A stretch of 49,882 bases of DNA from a virus, in IMG/VR virus record IMGVR_UViG_3300045988_133688. One strand, 5' to 3'. Within the stretch, counting starts at the first letter, position 1; the number at the start of each line of letters is the position of its first letter. A program made the position numbers and the translations under genes. Below are positions 43,776 through 49,882 of this stretch, piece after piece. Below the pieces are notes generated by a model. The model was not told where the DNA came from. It saw only the letters and a list, made by a program, of their open reading frames with translations, and did not search any database.

Positions 43776-44175
43776 TTTCGTAAGTTTTAATGAAATTATC
43801 TAAATAGTTAATAAACTCGTGCATTGTCATATCAGGCACATTTGAAATTTTCTGCTCTATAAGATTATTATTCTTATATATAGATACAAACACACATTTA
43901 TAATTCAGCTTGACTTTATAATCGCCTTTCAGCATTGTAAGACAACCGTCTTCTGACGAACCTTTCCAAGTACCTGCTGAAAACAGGTCAGTTACTAACA
44001 CGCCTATATGAGAGGCTAATGTTTCAATCTGCTTAATATCCAAATCTGTTTCGCCTTTTAATACTCGGTCAAAGGCTTGTTTCGTATATTTAACAGTAGG
44101 AAATAGCACCTTTGCTAAATCTTCTGTATTCAGCTTATAGTGCTCAATTACGCTGTTAATGTTAAACTGTTCCAT
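43762..44175 (-). CDS. First gene of the early leftward operon; possible HTH protein (137 aa)
   Basis: N-terminal LNTEDLAKVLFPTVKYTKQAFDRVLKGE is helix-turn-helix-like. Promoter box lies 31 nt upstream. Confidence 0.5.
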   Translation of the reverse strand: MEQFNINSVIEHYKLNTEDLAKVLFPTVKYTKQAFDRVLKGETDLDIKQIETLASHIGVLVTDLFSAGTWKGSSEDGCLTMLKGDYKVKLNYKCVFVSIYKNNNLIEQKISNVPDMTMHEFINYLDNFIKTYENGSD

Positions 44176-44205
44176 ATTTCTGGTTGAATTTTATTATCTT
44201 ATTTT

Positions 44206-44222
44206 CGATATGCAAATATACA
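44206..44222 (-). promoter_or_regulatory. Early leftward promoter box (minus-strand reading TGTATATTTGCATATCG)
   Basis: Identical core to the plus-strand early boxes. Confidence 0.6.
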
Positions 44223-44336
44223 AATTATTCTCGAAAGAAAAAAATTTTTCCTATATTTTTTGAGAATTTTCTTGTTAAAAAACATTAAACAGCAATTTTG
44301 CATTTCCGGCGCTGCAATTCTATATAAATAAAGGCT

Positions 44337-44542
44337 GTAAACAATGGAAACAATAGAAACAAAGCCTCGTATATTTCTAACCTAATTTCTTAAATTCCGA
44401 TTAACTCTATGGTTAATCAATATCTAGATTAGCGTAATATAAAAGATTTATATTTCTATTGTTTACATTGTTTACAGCATATCTAAGTGATTGATTTTGA
44501 GCACTTTAGAGCATAAACAATGGATTGTTTCTATTGTTTATC
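44337..44542. repeat. Iteron array 2, homologous to 21537..21830
   Basis: gtaaacaatggaaacaatagaaacaaagcc 44337..44366, ctattgtttacattgtttac 44456..44475, ataaacaatggattgtttctattgtttatc 44513..44542. The core aagtgattgatttt (44485..44498) is inverted relative to locus 1. Confidence 0.85.
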
Positions 44543-44547
44543 ATCAT

Positions 44548-45186
44548 TTACCGCTTTATGGATACATATTCACAGTTCATAATTTCTGTGTTTGGGTTTT
44601 CACTTACTACATCTACTTGCCTGCTTTTAACCTTATTGGTTTTCCACAAGAAACCCAAAAAGCGCTTATATGTAACTGTCTCCACTACTTTTAATGACTC
44701 TCTATTGTTGATTTGTAACTCTACGGTATCTCGTCTTAAATCTACGCAACCTTTTACGTCTGTCCATTTAGACTTATAATCAAAACACTTCAGGGTATCT
44801 ATCTGATTTGTAGTGGTATCAATTCTTATAGAATCTTGTAGCTTGGCATATAAAGTGCTTATAGTTTCATACTGAGAGGTAATTATCTTCTGTAAGTCAG
44901 ACTTTCCTGCTTTTAGCTGTTCAATGAGCTTTAGGTCTTCACTTCTATATCGCTTATATTCCTTAAGCGTTAACTCAAGTTCAGATACTCGCACAGCATT
45001 GAGACTATCAGATACTTTATATTTCTGACTTTCAGACATTACAAACTCTTTTTCTGTAAGCAATATATCTTGATTACTTTTTAGCCTAGCATTTTCTTCC
45101 TTTAAGCCGTGTATTTTGCTGAAGGCAAATACCAGTGCCATAATGGCTACGGCTATTATAGCTATCTTTATGATTATCTTTTTCAT
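44548..45186 (-). CDS. N-terminally membrane-anchored coiled-coil protein, last gene of the lysis region (212 aa)
   Basis: KIAIIAVAIMALVFAF anchor followed by a coiled coil. Downstream of the amidase. Spanin-like or lysis-accessory role is inference. Confidence 0.55.
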   Translation of the reverse strand: MKKIIIKIAIIAVAIMALVFAFSKIHGLKEENARLKSNQDILLTEKEFVMSESQKYKVSDSLNAVRVSELELTLKEYKRYRSEDLKLIEQLKAGKSDLQKIITSQYETISTLYAKLQDSIRIDTTTNQIDTLKCFDYKSKWTDVKGCVDLRRDTVELQINNRESLKVVETVTYKRFLGFLWKTNKVKSRQVDVVSENPNTEIMNCEYVSIKR

Positions 45187-45195
45187 GCTTTAATT

Positions 45196-45215
45196 ATTCT
45201 CGCGTATTCTCGCAT
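45196..45215. promoter_or_regulatory. Tandem 10-bp direct repeat ATTCTCGCGT ATTCTCGCAT, 10 nt from the ATG of 44548..45186
   Basis: Read directly from the sequence. Confidence 0.6.
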
Positions 45216-45249
45216 TAAGATTATTACTACTTAAGTATTATATCACACA

Positions 45250-45299
45250 TAATATAAAAGCCATTCTCGGAATAATTTCTTATATACGAGAATGGCTTT
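45250..45299 (-). terminator. 13-bp perfect hairpin AAAGCCATTCTCG / CGAGAATGGCTTT followed on the minus strand by TATATT; intrinsic terminator after the amidase gene
   Basis: Arms at 45257..45269 and 45287..45299, 17-nt loop. Both arms contain the ATTCTCG motif. Confidence 0.6.
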
Positions 45300-45307
45300 A
45301 ATCAGTT

Positions 45308-45733
45308 TTAGAGGTCTTTATACTCATGCTTTGCATCAAAGCTGGGACAAGCCTTTGCAGCAAATTCTCTGTGTCCATGTATGGTCGCATTTGGATATTT
45401 TGCTTTAAGTTCTTTGAGCAGTTTGAGCAAAGATTGCTTTTGAGCGTCAGTGCGCGTATCTTTCGGTGTTTTACCGTCTTTGGCTACTCCACCAACATAA
45501 CAAACACCGATTGAATTGGCATTTTGACCTGAGCAGTGAGCTCCAATTACGCTTTCGTCTCTGCCTTTATGAATAGAGCCATCGAGCTCAATTACATAAT
45601 GGTAACCAATATCTTTCCAATGATTGCCATTAACATGCCAATCTTGAATAGTTTCGGTTTTGACGTCTTTTCCTTCAGGCGTTGCAGAGCAATGCACTAT
45701 GAGTTTATTGATTTTTCTCATTGTCTTTGTCAT
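45308..45733 (-). CDS. N-acetylmuramoyl-L-alanine amidase (Amidase_2 / PGRP fold endolysin)
   Basis: LIVHCSATPEG, DIGYHYVI, GAHCSGQNANSIGVCYVGG, HGHREFAAKACPSF. Confidence 0.85.
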   Translation of the reverse strand: MTKTMRKINKLIVHCSATPEGKDVKTETIQDWHVNGNHWKDIGYHYVIELDGSIHKGRDESVIGAHCSGQNANSIGVCYVGGVAKDGKTPKDTRTDAQKQSLLKLLKELKAKYPNATIHGHREFAAKACPSFDAKHEYKDL

Positions 45734-46190
45734 TTAAGGTGATTATTTTTGTTATCTCATTAAGTATTTCGTGGCCTTGCTCTGCAGTGGCTGCTTGTAC
45801 AATTTTCTTTACTATATCAGGCACATCAGCTGCATGAGCCTTTTTGCGCTTACTGTTCTCCACAACAGATTTACCCTCAATGTAGATTACAGCTATAGTA
45901 CACAGAATTGTAGCAAACGGTACTATATAGAATGATAACAAGCTTCCCAGTATATCAAACATAAGAGCGAAAAGCATTAGCCTTACATAGTCGCCTATTT
46001 TTGTAACAGTTCTACGAAAACCATGCGACATAAGTGCTTGGCCTAATGCTTTTGCTGTAGTTGTTCCACTCCAGAAGTCCACGATACTACTGACCACCAT
46101 GAAAAACCAGCAAACTAAGATTATTCCGACTCTAACTGCTATGAAAAACATGAGTGCGTCGATATTCTTGGCTTCAATGAGTTCTAGCAT
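45705..46190 (-). CDS. Holin-like membrane protein (161 aa)
   Basis: Three hydrophobic helices, DFWSGTTTAKALGQALMSHGFRRTVTKIGDY pattern, charged C-terminus. Lies immediately upstream of the amidase. Confidence 0.7.
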   Translation of the reverse strand: MLELIEAKNIDALMFFIAVRVGIILVCWFFMVVSSIVDFWSGTTTAKALGQALMSHGFRRTVTKIGDYVRLMLFALMFDILGSLLSFYIVPFATILCTIAVIYIEGKSVVENSKRKKAHAADVPDIVKKIVQAATAEQGHEILNEITKIITLNDKDNEKNQ

Positions 46191-46191
46191 A

Positions 46192-46737
46192 TCAGATGAA
46201 TTTTTCCCAGTTAATACTTATGGCTTTACCAATTGCATCAGCAGTCCATCTGCAGAATATCATGCCCTCATAGCCATCAGGGTCATTTGCTACTTTATAA
46301 GCAGCTCTGAGGCATGATGCTTCATCCTTAAGAGGGTCAGGATAAAGGTCTGCATAGTACATATTAGCAAGATAAGTTACATCTCCATTTGTAACTTTGC
46401 TAGGAATGCTCAGGCCTAAACTTTCAATAGACTTCTTGACCTGTGCGGCAGTCCATGAATGGCTTTGGCCATTTGCATTTTCCATCATCTTGCTTACATA
46501 CTCTGCGAGAGCATCGGTAAAATGATAGCCATGCTTTTTAACATACTCTGAATATCCTTTTGCGGACATAAGAGCATTGGCTGTTTGCTCATAAGGCAAA
46601 TCAAATTTAACCTTATGTTCACCATGCGGAGTAGCTATTCTGCTTTCTACTACCACATCTTCATCATCTTCGTGCTCCTTATCATGATGGTCGCACGAGT
46701 GATGCTTTACTATGATACATCTTAATCTGTGTCCCAT
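46192..46737 (-). CDS. Hypothetical protein with His/Asp-rich N-terminus (181 aa)
   Basis: KHHSCDHHDKEHEDDED. ORF track. Confidence 0.6.
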   Translation of the reverse strand: MGHRLRCIIVKHHSCDHHDKEHEDDEDVVVESRIATPHGEHKVKFDLPYEQTANALMSAKGYSEYVKKHGYHFTDALAEYVSKMMENANGQSHSWTAAQVKKSIESLGLSIPSKVTNGDVTYLANMYYADLYPDPLKDEASCLRAAYKVANDPDGYEGMIFCRWTADAIGKAISINWEKFI

Positions 46738-46738
46738 A

Positions 46739-47227
46739 TTAGCTCATTTTCTTTATGAAGTCAGACATCATTTTCTTCAGCTCATCTACTGAGCCTTTAA
46801 CACCAGTTACGGTTTCCTCAATAGCACTAAAGCGCTTTTCGGTTTCCTGTTTCTCCTTGTATACAGGATTGAGCTCTGCAAGCAGAGAAGATGACTTCTC
46901 AAGTACTTCTTTCTGATGGTCTACTGAGGCCAATACCTGTTCAGCAGTATTCTTCATAGCCTCAATTTCACTTGCCAAGCTCATCTTATCTGTAGACAAA
47001 ATAAGATTGCCCGCATAAGTGACCGAAAGATTTTCAGGAATTACATAAGTTGCTGTCTTCCCATTCGCCTCAATGGTAATATCAATCACCATTTCAGTCT
47101 TGCCAGTTTTCTGGTTCATTTCCATACGAGGAAATGGCACCTGAACCGCTTTACCTTGTGTAAGGCTCAAATCCTGCTTATTGAGAATGTATACAGGATA
47201 ATTCTGCTTAATATTTTTGAATAACAT
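46739..47227 (-). CDS. Hypothetical protein (162 aa)
   Basis: ORF track. 1-nt gap to the next gene. Confidence 0.6.
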   Translation of the reverse strand: MLFKNIKQNYPVYILNKQDLSLTQGKAVQVPFPRMEMNQKTGKTEMVIDITIEANGKTATYVIPENLSVTYAGNLILSTDKMSLASEIEAMKNTAEQVLASVDHQKEVLEKSSSLLAELNPVYKEKQETEKRFSAIEETVTGVKGSVDELKKMMSDFIKKMS

Positions 47228-47311
47228 AGCTTTATATTTTAGTTGATTAAGTGCAAAAAGAGAGTGCCTAAGAAGGTTTCTAGAAAACCCCCTCAGGTAC
47301 TCTCTAATTAT

Positions 47312-47725
47312 TTACGCAGTAGTCGGGATAGTTACAGTCAGAGAACTATTGATTGCATAGCAGTTGGATTTACCGCATACTATTTTAATCAAGCCCTGAG
47401 TCATTCCGAGCTGGTTGATAGTGACAGATGCAGGAAGTGTCGTTATACCCTGGAATGCAACCATAAAGCGCTCATTGATTACCTGCGTCTCAGCCTGGCA
47501 TTTGCAAGCATTAGGCGTAGTAATTGTGATGGTTGCTACTATAGGCACGAATACCGTTGTTCCATTAAGAACAGGTGTTTCATTCCTATAAGTAACAGTC
47601 GCAAATGGCTGATTGGTAGAAGTTGCGCAAACGCAACGACACAGTTTCTCCTTGAATGTGGCCAAGAACGCAGCTTGATTTGCCACAGGAGCAGCGGCTA
47701 AGCCTACTGGCGATAATGTAACCAT
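47312..47725 (-). CDS. Cys-rich, beta-rich hypothetical protein (137 aa), GC-rich gene
   Basis: CRCVC, CKC and CGKSNC motifs. Co-directional with the operon. Preferred over the antisense ORF 47243..47701. Confidence 0.6.
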   Translation of the reverse strand: MVTLSPVGLAAAPVANQAAFLATFKEKLCRCVCATSTNQPFATVTYRNETPVLNGTTVFVPIVATITITTPNACKCQAETQVINERFMVAFQGITTLPASVTINQLGMTQGLIKIVCGKSNCYAINSSLTVTIPTTA

Positions 47726-47751
47726 AATCTTTACAGTTTAATGGTTAAACA

Positions 47752-48651
47752 TTACTGGCCACAGCCACAGCCGCATCCACAACTATTGCCGCAGCCACAT
47801 CCGCAGTTGTTGCCATTACGTGAGCCATAAAGCATAGCAGCGAACTTCTCATTTTGCTCTTTCTGTGAAAGCTGGAATTTGAGGTCCTGAATTTGCAGAG
47901 ACTTCTCATCACTCCAGTGGTTGTTCAGAGTGTCAATGATACGCTGAGTGTTGTCCTGACCGGCACGAAGAATATCGCACTTATCCTGCTGAGCCTGGAA
48001 AGCAGTAGATGAGAAGCCCTGCGTAATTGCAAAGCCAAGGTCACGCTGGCCATTGCGAATTTCAGCAGTGTCTCTGCAGCTCTGAAGTTGAATGTCAGCA
48101 CGGAAGTCTGCAATCTGGCGCTGAGTCTGGCAGCAGCAGTTCTGCAGAGCCTGAATAACATTGCAGTCACCGAGGTTAACTGCGTTGATAACGCGCTCAG
48201 CAGAGAAGCCAACCTGGCCAGCAACCTGCTGGATAGCAGCCTGAATATCACAACAGCACTTCTGGAGAGTGTTGAAGTCGATGTTGAGGGTCTGTGCAAG
48301 CTGGCTAAGAGCAAAGCCATTACCCTGGATAGCAGACTTAATGCAGTCGGCATTTTGGTTGTCCTGCAACTGAGTGCGAATAGCATTAAGCTGAGCCTGA
48401 GTTTCGATACCCTGTGTAGCAACGCCTGCGCCGTTTCCATTCCCGAAACCGAAGCCTCCATTGCGGAATAGGGCCAGGAACATAAGATACGCAAAAGGAT
48501 TGTTCATCCAGTTGTTCATACCTCCACCCATCATGGCAGCCATAGGGCCCCAATCGTCTCTGCGGTTATTACCTGCCAGAATGGCTGCTGCTAGAGCGTT
48601 GTCATTGTCGCCTCTGTCGCAACAATAGATTTTTTCTACTGTTTCTCCCAT
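47752..48651 (-). CDS. Cys-rich repeat protein ending in NCGCGCGNSCGCGCGCGQ (299 aa), GC-rich gene
   Basis: N-terminal CC, Gly/Met/Asn-rich hydrophobic segment, three CCC/C-x-IQ repeat units (QKCCCDIQAAIQQ, QNCCCQTQRQI), Cys-Gly tail. Confidence 0.7.
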   Translation of the reverse strand: MGETVEKIYCCDRGDNDNALAAAILAGNNRRDDWGPMAAMMGGGMNNWMNNPFAYLMFLALFRNGGFGFGNGNGAGVATQGIETQAQLNAIRTQLQDNQNADCIKSAIQGNGFALSQLAQTLNIDFNTLQKCCCDIQAAIQQVAGQVGFSAERVINAVNLGDCNVIQALQNCCCQTQRQIADFRADIQLQSCRDTAEIRNGQRDLGFAITQGFSSTAFQAQQDKCDILRAGQDNTQRIIDTLNNHWSDEKSLQIQDLKFQLSQKEQNEKFAAMLYGSRNGNNCGCGCGNSCGCGCGCGQ

Positions 48652-48733
48652 AATTTGAAGAATTTAGAAAGTTAATAAAAATGGTTAATTATATATGCAA
48701 ACACCTCTCTAGAAAAGGCGTAAAGCATCAATT

Positions 48734-49882
48734 TTATAAGCCCTGTAAGAAGTTTTCATATATATATGACATTCTTTCATGGCCAAGAGCTGTTAGATGT
48801 ACGGCGTCGATGAAATAATCAGCCTGTTCTGCACAATCTTTCCTTAATCCAGATTTAGCTGTACCATCTATACACTGTATATGATAAAATTCACATCTTT
48901 CTTTTATCCATGCGGCTCTAGGCTTAAGAGATGTTCCACCGAAGTAATAAGGCTCTATAAATCCTATTTTAGCTTTAGGATAATTACTTTGCAATCCTTT
49001 CACAAGCACATTGAATGCTCCTTTGAAAGTTGTTGTATCTTCACTGTTATCATCTATTTCTGCGTTAAAGCCATCATTATACCCGATTTGAACTAGTATG
49101 TAATCAGAATTTTCAGCTATTTCTGCATAAGTATCAACAAGTGATGTTTCTGCTCCTGTGATTAGTTTACGTCCATTTATTGCATAGTTATTTACAGTCA
49201 TTCCATTTCTGTTTGCTATCAGGGCCCCATAAGTGTTCTGTTTTCCTATAGAATGGCCAGCGGCTTCACTATCTCCAGTTATAGATAATATTTTTCCATT
49301 CAGATAATTCGGCTTTGCTGATTTTATATTGTTTTGTACTATTTCTTCTATATATTCTTCTGTCAAAGGAATACTTTGTATGCCTATGACGCTGATAACT
49401 TTTTGTACAACTAGTTTTTGAACATACTTTACAGTATCACCGACTTTAGCTGTAGCTACAGCTGAAATACCAACTGCATATTGAACATTACTGAAATTAC
49501 CGTTTGAGCAATATTTATCATTACCTAGTATAAACAGAGCATTTCCTGCTTTTAACCTTAAGTTCAAGTCAGATACAGTGTTTTCTCCTATTATTGCATC
49601 AGGAATATCTAAAATGGATAGCACAACAAATGATTTAGCATCTGTGTTTTCATTACCACATACTACTATTTTATTATTGGTCTTTACTTTTCCCGATACA
49701 TATTTAATTTCATTTATAGTAACGGCGGTATCAAATATCATGCCGAAATATGTGCTTTCATTCAATTGAGTTTTTTCTAAATTAGAAGCATTAAACTCTG
49801 ATTGTATGCCAGCATTACCGACTTGTTCTTCCAGACTATCTATTGATGCTTCCAGACTATCTATTGATGCTTCCAGACTATC
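48734..49882 (-). CDS. Tail fibre, C-terminal part with SGNH/GDSL esterase domain (continuation of the 1..1161 gene)
   Basis: The frame of ORF 48734..49765 stays open to nt 49882 (DSLEASIDSLEASIDSLEEQVGNAGIQ...), 39 codons and in phase with nt 1. SGNH blocks: ITGDSEAAGHS (I), AINGRKL (II), VQIGYNDG (III), DAVHLTALGH (V). Confidence 0.8.
   Translation of the reverse strand, partial: DSLEASIDSLEASIDSLEEQVGNAGIQSEFNASNLEKTQLNESTYFGMIFDTAVTINEIKYVSGKVKTNNKIVVCGNENTDAKSFVVLSILDIPDAIIGENTVSDLNLRLKAGNALFILGNDKYCSNGNFSNVQYAVGISAVATAKVGDTVKYVQKLVVQKVISVIGIQSIPLTEEYIEEIVQNNIKSAKPNYLNGKILSITGDSEAAGHSIGKQNTYGALIANRNGMTVNNYAINGRKLITGAETSLVDTYAEIAENSDYILVQIGYNDGFNAEIDDNSEDTTTFKGAFNVLVKGLQSNYPKAKIGFIEPYYFGGTSLKPRAAWIKERCEFYHIQCIDGTAKSGLRKDCAEQADYFIDAVHLTALGHERMSYIYENFLQGL
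49831..49882. repeat. Right-end copy of the 21-bp tandem repeat (49835..49855, 49856..49876, partial 49877..49882)
   Basis: Nt 49835..49882 are identical to nt 1..48. Confidence 0.95.

Noticed and set aside
47243-47701. 152-aa plus-strand ORF overlapping 47312..47725
   Set aside because: It is antisense to a co-directional, operon-embedded minus-strand ORF in a GC-rich segment, where long spurious frames are expected. It has no promoter box and its composition is Arg/Ser/Cys-rich junk. The minus-strand ORF is preferred.
47755-47815. Alternating GC-rich repeat (gccacagccacagccgcatccaca...) as a possible Z-DNA or simple-sequence element
   Set aside because: It is imperfect at the nucleotide level and is fully explained as coding for the Cys-Gly tail of the 299-aa protein.
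1-49882. Lysogeny module (integrase, excisionase, CI/Cro switch) or attP
   Set aside because: No ORF shows tyrosine- or serine-recombinase motifs. The only HTH-like candidate (43762..44175) heads the replication operon. The tRNA-like sequences are not adjacent to any recombinase.

Overview
The window is a complete tailed-phage genome of about 49.8 kb. Nt 1-48 are identical to nt 49835-49882, so the contig closes on itself, and one gene (the tail fibre) crosses the junction. I see no integrase, repressor switch, rRNA or CRISPR array, so it looks lytic. The DNA is AT-rich and genes lack Shine-Dalgarno sequences. Every operon start carries a TAnnTTTG-type -7 box (local consensus TGTATATTTGCATATCGAAA or ATTAGTATATTTGCA), which points to a Bacteroidales host (inference). 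There are three transcription units. (i) Late unit, minus strand, 21434 -> 1 -> junction -> 49882 -> 44548: homing-endonuclease-like gene, TerS, HExxH protein, TerL, portal, scaffold, major capsid, tail genes, 1315-aa tape measure, distal tail proteins, SGNH-esterase tail fibre, two GC-rich Cys-rich proteins, holin, amidase. (ii) Early/replication unit, minus strand, 44175 -> 28600: Cas4-like nuclease, SSB, a tRNA-like gene, family-A DNA polymerase, VirE-type primase-helicase, VRR-NUC, SNF2 helicase, a nucleotide-metabolism cluster and an OmpR-type regulator. (iii) Plus-strand block, 22574 -> 28543: 14 small unknown ORFs, most of them much more GC-rich than the rest of the genome. The best leads are these. 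(a) A T4-gp42-like dCMP hydroxymethylase with the Asp signature, plus a dUTPase-fold enzyme, a SAM methyltransferase and small NTP-handling proteins, predicts 5hmC-type DNA modification. (b) An orphan response regulator lacks the phospho-acceptor Asp, and an ATTCTCGC motif recurs as 10-11-bp direct repeats in intergenic regions, so the two may form a regulatory circuit. (c) Two homologous TTGTTTAC iteron arrays sit upstream of both leftward operons. (d) The GC-rich foreign-looking module contains structured intergenic RNAs, one of them an acceptor-stem plus T-arm minihelix. (e) A tRNA-like gene has canonical acceptor, D and T arms but an aberrant anticodon arm. (f) A GC-rich pair of Cys-rich late proteins includes one ending in NCGCGCGNSCGCGCGCGQ. 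All family assignments come from motifs read by eye. No database search was run.
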